From Ktedonobacterales bacterium (GTDB lineage: Bacteria; Chloroflexota; Ktedonobacteria; Ktedonobacterales; JADMIN01): 32,000 bases of DNA. The position numbers were made by a program, and so were the translations under genes. Shown one piece after another: positions 8,115-15,915 of this stretch (position 1 is the first letter of the stretch; every line of letters begins with the position of its first letter). The DNA lies in contig CP126532.1 of assembly GCA_030167145.1 (NCBI GenBank), positions 3,840,001 to 3,872,000 of the forward strand. Direction: 5' to 3'. Below the pieces are notes generated by a model. It was given only the letters and a program-made list of their open reading frames with translations. It was not told the origin of the DNA and ran no database searches.

Positions 8115-9560
8115 CTACCCTTGCCCTGTTGCATGCACAATCTTGCGTGGCCAGCTCCATAATGCCACCAATAGTGCCGCGTAAGCTAGTATCCATGCCA
8201 TATTCCTCAGACTCAGCAGCGCCACGGCCCACGGTTGCAGCCGCACCAGCGCCTGCCACACGCCGGGGTTCGCCAGACATTGCCCCGCGAGCGAGGCCAC
8301 CAGTAGCCCCAGCAGCCAGAGCCGCTGTGTTCGCGCCGCTGGCAGGCGGATCAGCGCCGCCAGCGGCAGCACCGCCAGCAGATAATGGGCAGGCAGCGCG
8401 CGAAACGCGAGCGTGAAGCTGAGCAGCGCCGCTGCCACCGCGATGGCGAGCAGTTGTCGCCCATCGGTGCGGTCCTGACCGCGCTGCATACGAATCACGC
8501 GCCAGAGTCCAAGATAGGTCACCAGCAAGAACAAGCCCAGAGCCAGCCGCGTGACATCGTTGGCGTAGGGGTCGAGCAGTGAATGGACCACGCGCGAGAG
8601 GTCCGGCGGCGAAAACGCGGTATGCAAGCCGAATCCCGGCAGCCAGCCGAGGGCAAGTTGTATATTCCCGTAGAGGCTCTCGATTTCGGTATCGCGTGCC
8701 GTCTGGTTAGCTATCGCGCCGAGTAGCCGTGCTCCGCCGCCCGCCAGGACGATCAGCAGCACCCAGGCGAGCACGACGCTCGCAAAGGCTGCCGCGCCGC
8801 GTAGCAGTGGCTGCGCGCGGTCGCGTAGCGCAGCCAGCAGGCCAGAGCGCGGTGAGCAGTAGAGCTGGTAGCCAATCAGCACGGGCAGCGCGAGGAGTGG
8901 GAAGCCCTTAAGCAGCGTCGCCAGCGCCAGCGCGGCCCAGGCTAAGCCGTCGCGCCGTTCTACGGTGGCAACGACGGCGACGAGGCAGAGCAACCCCGCC
9001 GCGAGATCGAATTTCTGGAAGAGCGCGCCACTGGCAAAGACCAAAGCAATGTAGAGCAGACCCGACCGCAGGCCGTAGCGGTCGGCTGGCGCGAAGCGCA
9101 GCGCGGCGCGGCGCACCAGCCAGAGCGTGAGCGCATCGAGCAGCAGCATCTGCACGGCGAAGCTGATGCCATACGCGCCGTAGCGGAGCGGGTTGGGATG
9201 GGGGAAGCTGGTGACGACGCCCGCGAACGCCGCATCCGGGCGCGGGGCAATCGCCGCGAAGGGCAGCAGCGGCAGCGCGGGGAGGAGAATCAGCAGCAGC
9301 GCCAGCGGCGGATACTCGACGGGGTAGTCGCGATAGGGCCACTGGCCAGCGGCGAGCTTGCCCGCGTAGTTATAGAACTGCGGATCGCTGTAGGTATGTC
9401 CCAGCAGCAACGCCACGAAGAGCAGCAGCCGGGTGACGGCCCACGCGCCCCAGAGCACGCGCGTCGCCGTGGCGGGGGAAGCCTCCAACCTGTTCCACAG
9501 CGCCAGCAATGTCGCACGGCGCGTGGTGTCGCGTGGTAGTGTGACGCCGCTCAGCTTCAT
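8115..9560 (-). CDS. GT87/DUF2029-like polytopic membrane glycosyltransferase
   Basis: SDPQFYNYAGKLAAGQWPYRDYPVEYPPLALLL matches the D..Y......G..PY.D...EYPP signature of the DUF2029/GT87 family. The protein is multi-TM. ATG 9560 lies 6 nt after the upstream stop. Confidence 0.8.
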   Translation of the reverse strand: MKLSGVTLPRDTTRRATLLALWNRLEASPATATRVLWGAWAVTRLLLFVALLLGHTYSDPQFYNYAGKLAAGQWPYRDYPVEYPPLALLLILLPALPLLPFAAIAPRPDAAFAGVVTSFPHPNPLRYGAYGISFAVQMLLLDALTLWLVRRAALRFAPADRYGLRSGLLYIALVFASGALFQKFDLAAGLLCLVAVVATVERRDGLAWAALALATLLKGFPLLALPVLIGYQLYCSPRSGLLAALRDRAQPLLRGAAAFASVVLAWVLLIVLAGGGARLLGAIANQTARDTEIESLYGNIQLALGWLPGFGLHTAFSPPDLSRVVHSLLDPYANDVTRLALGLFLLVTYLGLWRVIRMQRGQDRTDGRQLLAIAVAAALLSFTLAFRALPAHYLLAVLPLAALIRLPAARTQRLWLLGLLVASLAGQCLANPGVWQALVRLQPWAVALLSLRNMAWILAYAALLVALWSWPRKIVHATGQG

Positions 9561-9566
9561 GCTGGC

Positions 9567-10988
9567 TCACCGCCTTCGTATGGTGCGCGCCCAGCGTTTG
9601 GCGCTGCGTGCGACCTGTGGCGAGGCTACGACACTGGCGCGTGAGGCGAACAGCGTACCCTCCTGCCACATCCGCCAGAGCAGCAGCACGACGGCGGGCA
9701 GCGCGACGAAGTAGAAGTAGGTCGTCAGGCTGCGCCATGCGAAGAAGAGCGGCAGCACGGCCAGCACGAACCCAACTTCTGGCATGCGCCGCCCGTAGCG
9801 CCAGTACCAGGCGATACAGCCCAGGATTGCCAGCCCTTCGAGCGCGGTGTAGACGATTTGTGGGGGCAGCGGCAGAAGTCCCGCCAGCGAGAGCTGCACC
9901 AGGCCGTTGCCCAACGGGAACATTTTGTCTACCTGTGGGGCGAGCACGCCCGCCAGCCACGCCTGAGGATTGTTGACGATGAACGGGCCGTTGATGAGCA
10001 AGAAGATCGCGCCCGCGCCTGCCAGGCATTTCGCCGCCGCGCGCCAGCCATATTCGCGCCATACCAGGATCGCGTAGTAGGGCAAGAAGAACCATGCGAG
10101 TTGCTTCGCGGCGATGGCCAGCCCCAGGAAGAGCGTGGAGAGCAGGGGACGCCGCCACCAGCGCCACGCGACGAAGAGCAGCAGGATATACAGCACGTCG
10201 AGGTCGCCGGCCACCGTCGCGTTCAGCAGCGGGGCGTCGGCTAGCGCCAGCAGCCCGACCCAGAGCCGTAGCTCCGGCGGGACGGAGAATAAAAGCAGTA
10301 ACACCAGTGCGAAGAAGCAGAGCGCGAAGAACGGCACGACACTTGGCAGCCCCAGCCACACGACCGGAACGAGCGGCAGAAATGCCAGCGCCGGATAGCT
10401 CACCCGCGACTCAAATTCGTGCGCAGCGTTCGGGTTGTCTGCTGGCTCCAACGCGAAGACCGCGCGCATTTGCTGGTTCGTGGGATAGCCATGCGGGTAG
10501 AGCGGGGCGAAGACGCCTTCGCCCAGCGGTGTGGTGTGCTCGGCGTCCTGGCCGTAGAGCCGCACCGCTGCGATGATATTCACCGTCACATACGGGTTAT
10601 GCCCTTCGAGCAGTTGTTGCGCGGCGTAGTGGTCCAGCGTGGTGCCGTCGTTGGGATAGAGCGGCGCGTGAAAGCCTGAGGTGAGCAGCGCGCCCACCTG
10701 ATTCACGCCGATGACACAGGCCGCCAGCGTCAGCGCGAGTACCACTGTCTGCGTCCACCGTGAGCGCAGCCAGCGCCAGCCGGGGAGCCGGGGCCGCAGC
10801 GCGAGCAGCAACAGGAGGAGCGATACGGCCAGCGCGGCGACGATCACCAGACCGGTCAACGGCTTGCCCAGTGCGTTGCGTAGGGGCGCGCGTGGCAGTT
10901 CGATGAAGTTTTGCAGGGCGATAACGAGGCCCAGCAGTGTCAGCCGTGCGGCCACGTCGCCATGCGGCAGCCAACCGTAGGGGCGCAT
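9567..10988 (-). CDS. GT-C-like polytopic membrane protein (putative glycosyltransferase)
   Basis: Multi-TM protein with a loop motif LLEGHNPY...SYPALAFLPL. The start is uncertain: GTG 11099 abuts the hemB stop, ATG 10988 lies within REP-like copy D, and GTG 10955 is also possible. Confidence 0.7.
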   Translation of the reverse strand: MRPYGWLPHGDVAARLTLLGLVIALQNFIELPRAPLRNALGKPLTGLVIVAALAVSLLLLLLALRPRLPGWRWLRSRWTQTVVLALTLAACVIGVNQVGALLTSGFHAPLYPNDGTTLDHYAAQQLLEGHNPYVTVNIIAAVRLYGQDAEHTTPLGEGVFAPLYPHGYPTNQQMRAVFALEPADNPNAAHEFESRVSYPALAFLPLVPVVWLGLPSVVPFFALCFFALVLLLLFSVPPELRLWVGLLALADAPLLNATVAGDLDVLYILLLFVAWRWWRRPLLSTLFLGLAIAAKQLAWFFLPYYAILVWREYGWRAAAKCLAGAGAIFLLINGPFIVNNPQAWLAGVLAPQVDKMFPLGNGLVQLSLAGLLPLPPQIVYTALEGLAILGCIAWYWRYGRRMPEVGFVLAVLPLFFAWRSLTTYFYFVALPAVVLLLWRMWQEGTLFASRASVVASPQVARSAKRWARTIRRR

Positions 10989-10999
10989 GGCGTGCGCCC
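10976..10999 (-). repeat. REP-like hairpin+CTACG element, copy D
   Basis: The minus strand reads GGGCGCA-CGCCA-TGCGCCC-CTACG: perfect 7-bp stem, 5-nt loop. It lies just downstream of the hemB stop. Confidence 0.6.
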
Positions 11000-11099
11000 A
11001 GTGGGCGCGGCGCTTCCTCGCCGTGCTTGTGGCTCCGCGCCTTCGTCTCGCTCCGCTCCCTGCCCCCGCCGTTGTCGTATCGCGCACACCTGTTTGCAC

Positions 11100-12152
11100 T
11101 TAATCTCCAGCGAGCCAGCGCGCCGCGTCCAGCGCATGATAGGTCAGGATCATGTCGGCCCCCGCACGCTTGATGCCGGTGAGCAGTTCCAGGGTGGCGC
11201 GGCGCTCGTCGAGCCAGCCATTAGCTGCCGCAGCCTTGAGCATCGCGTATTCGCCGCTGACGTTGTAGGCCGCCACTGGCAAGTCCCAGCGGTCGCGCAC
11301 TCGCGCCAGCACATCCAGATATGGCAGCGCTGGTTTGACCATCACGATATCCGCGCCTTCCAGGATGTCCAGTTCCACCTCGCGCAGCGCCTCGCGCCCG
11401 TTCGCCGGGTCCATCTGGTATGCGCGCCGGTCGCCGAATTGCGGTGTAGACTCCGCCGCCTCGCGGAATGGTCCGTAGAACGCCGAGGCGAACTTGGCGG
11501 CATAGGCCATGATTGGCAGATGGGAATAGCCGGTGCTATCCAGCGCTGCGCGCAGCGCCGCCACGCGCCCATCCATCATATCGGAGGGCGCGACCACATC
11601 TGCCCCGGCTTCCGCATGCGAGAGCGCCTCACGCGCCAGTAGGTCGAGCGTTTCGTCGTTCTGCACTTCGCCGTCGCGCACCAGCCCGCAGTGGCCGTGG
11701 CTGGTATATTCGCAGAGACAGACATCGGTCACGACGACTAGTTCAGGCGCGGCGTCCTTGATCTCGCGAATGGCTCGTTGCACGATGCCGTCCCGGTTGT
11801 AGGCCTCCGAGCCGAGTTCGTCTTTGTGCGCGGGGATGCCGAAGAGGATGACACCGCCAATGCCCAGGCTTGCGATTTCTCTGGCCTGCGCGCGCAGCGC
11901 CGCGAGCGGCAACTGAGACTGACCTGGCATGGCGCTGATCGCCACCGGCTCGGTGACGGTCTCGCTGATGAACAGCGGATAAATGAAGTCCGCCGGATCG
12001 AGGCTGGTCTCGCGCACCATGCGTCGCAGTCCCTCGGTGCGGCGGAGGCGGCGCATGCGCCGCGCGGGAAAGCCGCCCGCAACCTGTGGCGTGCGCGCGG
12101 CGGGCGCCTCTGGCGCTGTCGTCTGCTGGTGGCTCTGTCGTGTGTCGAGCAT
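11100..12152 (-). CDS. hemB: Porphobilinogen synthase (delta-aminolevulinate dehydratase), Zn-type
   Basis: Family-typical RRMRRLRR...FIYPLFI N-terminus, the Cys triad [14 protein letters not shown], and the YNVSGEYAM and ILTYHA motifs. GGAAGGA Shine-Dalgarno lies 5 nt before ATG 12152, which I prefer over the listed 12197. Confidence 0.93.
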   Translation of the reverse strand: MLDTRQSHQQTTAPEAPAARTPQVAGGFPARRMRRLRRTEGLRRMVRETSLDPADFIYPLFISETVTEPVAISAMPGQSQLPLAALRAQAREIASLGIGGVILFGIPAHKDELGSEAYNRDGIVQRAIREIKDAAPELVVVTDVCLCEYTSHGHCGLVRDGEVQNDETLDLLAREALSHAEAGADVVAPSDMMDGRVAALRAALDSTGYSHLPIMAYAAKFASAFYGPFREAAESTPQFGDRRAYQMDPANGREALREVELDILEGADIVMVKPALPYLDVLARVRDRWDLPVAAYNVSGEYAMLKAAAANGWLDERRATLELLTGIKRAGADMILTYHALDAARWLAGD

Positions 12153-12209
12153 ATATATCCTTCCCTGAACCTCGCGCATGGGCATATCGCGTCGCACATT
12201 ATCAGGCGG

Positions 12210-12455
12210 CTAGCTCTTCTTGAATGGCAGCAGCAGCAGCGCGCCGAAGGCGGCGAGCGCTGGAATCAGATAGAGAAGCCCCTGGAGCGTGTCGTCGCGG
12301 GTGTGCGCGTTGACGAGACTCCAGATGCTGAAGATACCGAAACCGATGCCAATGATGAAGAGCAGCAGTGTGCTCTGAAACTGCTTCGACATATCCCGCC
12401 TCATGCCGCGTGGCGCGGCGCTTTCGTCGCCAGAATCGGGTACAGAATAGCCCAT
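12210..12455 (-). CDS. Small two-TM membrane protein (hypothetical)
   Basis: Two hydrophobic helices (LLLFIIGIGFGIFSIW; LLYLIPALAAFGALLLL), and the stop lies just upstream of hemB. The start could instead be the internal ATG at 12392 (MSKQFQ). No family was recognised. Confidence 0.4.
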   Translation of the reverse strand: MGYSVPDSGDESAAPRGMRRDMSKQFQSTLLLFIIGIGFGIFSIWSLVNAHTRDDTLQGLLYLIPALAAFGALLLLPFKKS

Positions 12456-12536
12456 CAGAGTATATCATGGGCGCTGCCACGGTCACTATCGCGTGGGACG
12501 TGGTGGATATGTTATCGTAGAGGCAGAGCAGAACAC

Positions 12537-13238
12537 ATGGAGTGCGCGGAAGCGAAACGCAAAACGATGATGACACCCGACCAACCAAGCCAACCACAGC
12601 AGCAGCGCCCTACATCTACTGGCCCCGCCCCTGATGACGTGCAGTGGCCCGCCGGAGCGGCGCCGCACACGCCCGAAGAGCTAGATGCGCTGCTGGCGAG
12701 CGCCAACCGCCGCCGCAGTCCAGCCTATCTCGCGCTTGTGCATGGCGCGAACGCCACCGGCGAGTGGCTGCGCCGCCACTGGCTGGCCGTGGTCAACGGC
12801 TTTCTGGCGACGTATGTCGGTCTCGCGGTGCTGACACCTATCGCGTTCATGTTCGGCCTGACGGGACCAGCCACCGCCGTTTTCCGTGCCTATCGCCTCT
12901 TCTGCGACGAGCTGCCCACGCACTCATTTTTCATCGGCGGCTATCAGATGTGCCTCTGCGCCCGCTGCACCGCCATCTACACCAGCATGCTCATCGCCGG
13001 ACTCTTCCTTGCTTTCTACCGCAAGCGCCAGCATGTACGCGCGCTGCGCTGGTGGATCTGGGGACTGTGCATGCTGCCGATGGCGCTCGACGGCTTCACA
13101 CAGCTTTTCGGGCTGCGCGAGAGCAACGCCGGGCTGCGGCTGCTGACCGGCGCCATCTTCGGCCTATCCACCGCCTGGTTCCTCTTGCCGCAGATTCAGG
13201 CGGCGTCGGAACCTGACCCGCAACCTGCCAGAGCATGA
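12537..13238 (+). CDS. DUF2085-family membrane protein
   Basis: FCDELPTHSFFIGGYQMCLCARCTAIYTSM matches the DUF2085 signature (..SF....plCARCtGiY) followed by TM helices. The upstream part of listed ORF 11778..13238 is antisense to hemB. Confidence 0.75.
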   Translation: MECAEAKRKTMMTPDQPSQPQQQRPTSTGPAPDDVQWPAGAAPHTPEELDALLASANRRRSPAYLALVHGANATGEWLRRHWLAVVNGFLATYVGLAVLTPIAFMFGLTGPATAVFRAYRLFCDELPTHSFFIGGYQMCLCARCTAIYTSMLIAGLFLAFYRKRQHVRALRWWIWGLCMLPMALDGFTQLFGLRESNAGLRLLTGAIFGLSTAWFLLPQIQAASEPDPQPARA

Positions 13239-13247
13239 GCGGCACAT

Positions 13248-13853
13248 CTATGGTTGAGCCGTGATGCGAGCCAGCCCTTCGTCGAAGCTCTCAGCGAATG
13301 AGCAGTGATAAGACCGAAGTTCTGCGAGAATGTCAGGGTCGCGAAAGTCTTTCCAATTGCGGCTGATGAAACACTTGTCGCCCTGTGAGGCACGTCGCTG
13401 TAAGTCGGCGATTACGGTCGCATAGATGATACTATCCTGCGGCGATAATCCAAAGCGCGATTGATATGCCAATGCCGCACTGAAACTCGTGCCGTCCATT
13501 TGTAAATAGATGCCGCAATCCAGAAGCCTGCGCACTGTCTCTTGCAGACGATCCGTCTCCTTTCTCGCGATGCTGCCAAGCAGCGCGGGCGCGGAAGCAA
13601 GCTCTGTTACTGTTTGCTGATGAGGCGACGAACGCTGAAGCTGGCGCAGCATTTCAGACAACGACTTGCTCATCTTGAGTTGCTCTTTGCCGCGATGTGT
13701 AAGCGTAGCAAACGGCTCACTCAAGGCGAAGCCAGGAAAGGCAAGCTCAATGCTATGTGCCTCAGCGAACTGTAAAATCGTCTCGGCTGACGCCGATTGC
13801 TCCTGACCTAGCGCGATCTCAAGGATGAAGTTGGACTCGACATACACGATCAT
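13248..13853 (-). CDS. PIN-like domain protein with ~75-aa helical insertion
   Basis: PIN-type pattern by eye: N-terminal strand plus acidic residue (MIVYVESNF), FALSEPFATL, SPQDSIIYATVIADL, and C-terminal CFISRNWKDF. ATG 13853 overlaps the upstream stop (ATGA). Local G+C is lower than in the flanks. Confidence 0.65.
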   Translation of the reverse strand: MIVYVESNFILEIALGQEQSASAETILQFAEAHSIELAFPGFALSEPFATLTHRGKEQLKMSKSLSEMLRQLQRSSPHQQTVTELASAPALLGSIARKETDRLQETVRRLLDCGIYLQMDGTSFSAALAYQSRFGLSPQDSIIYATVIADLQRRASQGDKCFISRNWKDFRDPDILAELRSYHCSFAESFDEGLARITAQP

Positions 13854-14290
13854 GCGAGGGCCTCAACCACCACCTCACCGCCCCGGATCGAATCGCTGAA
13901 GCCAGCCTCCGCCAGCGCCTTTTCTGGCTCTTCGTCACGGTCATCCCGACCTACGCTGAGATCACGTAGCCACTCTAGCACAAGCAACTGCAACTCAGTT
14001 CCAATAAGCCGGTGTTTAGGAGGCTCATGCAGATAGCGCTGTACGATGGTGTCCATCGAAAACTCAACATCTGGTGGTAGATCAATCGCCTTGCCTTTGC
14101 CCGGCTTCCATAAATAGCCAGCATCCTGCGAAATGACGACAAAGAAAGGCACTGGCGACGCGACACCATGCGCGACCATGTTTCTTCGATAGGTTGTCGC
14201 GATATCGCGAGAGAGATTCTCCCGGCTCTTGACCTCGACGACCGCGATTTGCTGGCCATCTTGTCCAGTCACGGTAATATCAGGGCGCAT
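13850..14290 (-). CDS. Minimal PD-(D/E)xK nuclease-fold-like protein (HsdR_N/Uma2-like core)
   Basis: MRPDITVTGQDGQQIAVVEVKS is a PD-x14-ExK motif beginning at residue 3. GAGGA Shine-Dalgarno lies 8 nt before ATG 14290; the listed 14305 start is GTG. Confidence 0.6.
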   Translation of the reverse strand: MRPDITVTGQDGQQIAVVEVKSRENLSRDIATTYRRNMVAHGVASPVPFFVVISQDAGYLWKPGKGKAIDLPPDVEFSMDTIVQRYLHEPPKHRLIGTELQLLVLEWLRDLSVGRDDRDEEPEKALAEAGFSDSIRGGEVVVEALA

Positions 14291-14333
14291 GGTATCGTTC
14301 CTCACTGGTAGTGGTCCAGCACATGCCCATCGT

Positions 14334-14366
14334 TTGCTAGCAAGTTACGTATGCTGATTCAGCATA
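14334..14366. promoter_or_regulatory. Two adjacent palindromes upstream of the PD-(D/E)xK/PIN cassette (candidate operator)
   Basis: TTGCTAGCAA (14334-14343) and TATGCTGA-T-TCAGCATA (14350-14366, 8-bp arms) lie 44-76 nt upstream of ATG 14290. Confidence 0.3.
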
Positions 14367-14466
14367 TCACAACCCGGTAGCGGGCCACGCCATAGATCTG
14401 AAGCGTGCGCCGCTAGCCAATGTCGTCGGCATGAACTAGCGGCGCAATCATACGTAGTGAACTCTG

Positions 14467-15591
14467 CTACTTCGCGTTGGGTCCGAGCATCAGCTTGCCA
14501 TCTTTTAGGAAGAGCGTGCCGTCCACGTAGACCTCGCCGCCGCCCGCTGGTTCGCGCAGATCGCAGATCATATCCCAGTGCAGCGCCGAGACGTTCTTGC
14601 CGCCGGTTTCGGGGTAGCTGTTGCCTAGCGCCATATGGATTGTGCCGCCGATCTTCTCGTCGTAGAGGATGTTGCGGATGCCGCGCGTGATGCCGAAGTT
14701 GTTACCGACCGCGAACTCGCCGACAAATCGCGCGCCCTCGTCCATCTCCAGCATTTGATCGAGGAACTGCTGCCCTGTCGCCGCCTTCGCCTCCACCACC
14801 TTGCCGCACTCGAAGGTCAGGCGCACATCCTGAACGAGATGCCCGTTGACCACGGTTGGAATGGTGAAGCGAATCGTGCCTTCCACGGAATCCTCGACTG
14901 GCCCGGTGAAGAACTCGCCGCTGGGGAAGTTGCGCTTGCCGTCGCTATTGCGGAACGTGCGCCCGGCGATAGAGAGCCGCAGGTCGGTATCTGGTCCCAC
15001 CACATGTACCTTGTCCTTGCCCACCAGCCAGTCTACATAGAACTGCTGCTCGCGGCCCAGCTCGCGCCAGCGCTCGGCGGGCTCGTCGCTATTGAGGAAG
15101 CATGCCTCGTAGACGAACTCCTGGAAGTCCGCCAGCGACATATCGGCATCCTGGGCGTAGGCTTGCGTGGGGTAGAGGGTACCGCACCATTTTTCTTCGC
15201 CTGCCGCCGAACGCTGGCTGCGGATGCGCCCCAACTCGCGCATTGCCCGCGCGGCAATGGCCTGCCGCGCCGGATCTACATTGGTCAGGTAGCGCGTATT
15301 CGTCTCGCTGCTGATGTGTAAGCGGCAATTCGCCTGTTCGGCCAGCAGTCTCAGCGATGGATCAATGTACGCAAGCTGCTCGTCGTTGCCCTCGCGCAGC
15401 AAGATTTCGGTCAGGCTCGACAGATTGATGCGCGGAATCGGATGCCCGCCCGCGCGCAACACCTCGCGATAGACTTCGGCTACCAGCGGCTCGGCCACTG
15501 GCCCCGCCGAAATCAGCACCGTCTCGCCTGGCTGCACGCTCAGGCAGTAGTTCACCAGCGTCTTCGCCCAGCGGCTTATGCGTGGGTCCAT
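14467..15591 (-). CDS. Aminopeptidase, M29 (AmpS/PepS) family
   Basis: Full-length resemblance to thermophilic M29 aminopeptidases (EFFTGPVEDSVEG, MDEGARFVGEFAVG, YDEKIGGTIHMALG, HWDMI). GGGAGA Shine-Dalgarno precedes ATG 15591. Confidence 0.9.
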   Translation of the reverse strand: MDPRISRWAKTLVNYCLSVQPGETVLISAGPVAEPLVAEVYREVLRAGGHPIPRINLSSLTEILLREGNDEQLAYIDPSLRLLAEQANCRLHISSETNTRYLTNVDPARQAIAARAMRELGRIRSQRSAAGEEKWCGTLYPTQAYAQDADMSLADFQEFVYEACFLNSDEPAERWRELGREQQFYVDWLVGKDKVHVVGPDTDLRLSIAGRTFRNSDGKRNFPSGEFFTGPVEDSVEGTIRFTIPTVVNGHLVQDVRLTFECGKVVEAKAATGQQFLDQMLEMDEGARFVGEFAVGNNFGITRGIRNILYDEKIGGTIHMALGNSYPETGGKNVSALHWDMICDLREPAGGGEVYVDGTLFLKDGKLMLGPNAK

Positions 15592-15915
15592 GCGTCTCCC
15601 TTTCATCTACCGATACCGACGGCCAATTTCGTGAGCGCACGCGCTCAACATGCGTGCGCCTCTGCTCTGTGTATTGTACGTACATGCCGCCGCTCGCTGG
15701 CCACCTCCCGCGATTTCTCACACCGCCGCATGCCACCCGCATGCTGCTGTGCCGTTGTGCGTATTTACGTATTGACGAACGAGCGTAGAACACCCTACAC
15801 TTGCCCCAACGACACTGAAAGATTGCACGCGCCGCGCTCAATGGGCCGCGTGTGGCCGCTGCCATGGCGATGTGCGCCATGCGCCGGACTTGCGTGGGAT
15901 GTCAAGCAGGGGGGA

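Noticed and set aside
8564-8590. CGTAGGGGTC... as a further REP-like copy
   Set aside because: Only a 4-bp GGTC/GACC pairing with a 12-nt loop is present. It lies in a well-conserved coding frame (LLDPYANDV), so it is probably a chance match to CCCCTACG.
9370-10359. 329-aa ORF (-) and many other 60-250-aa Arg/Ala/Pro-rich ORFs throughout (e.g. 4074..4757, 4871..5764, 6611..7126, 19626..21098, 25464..26270, 28816..29529, 29511..30335)
   Set aside because: These are typical long open frames in alternative or antisense frames of high-G+C coding DNA. Each overlaps a gene with clear family motifs and has a compositionally biased translation.
10879-10895. CGTAGGGGCGCGCG (minus strand CGCGCGCCCCTACGCAA) as a fifth REP-like copy
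   Set aside because: It shares an 11-mer with copy B and another with copy D, but there is no complementary 5' arm and so no hairpin. At best it is a degenerate half-element inside the CDS.
11778-12536. Upstream part of listed 486-aa ORF 11778..13238 (+)
   Set aside because: It is antisense to hemB and to the small membrane ORF, with Arg/Ala-rich junk translation. The DUF2085 similarity starts only after ATG 12537.
15442-15915. Upstream part of listed 531-aa ORF 15442..17037 (+)
   Set aside because: It is antisense to the aminopeptidase 5' end and crosses the intergenic region. The translation has no hydrophobic or signal features until MYMFNATG at 15916.
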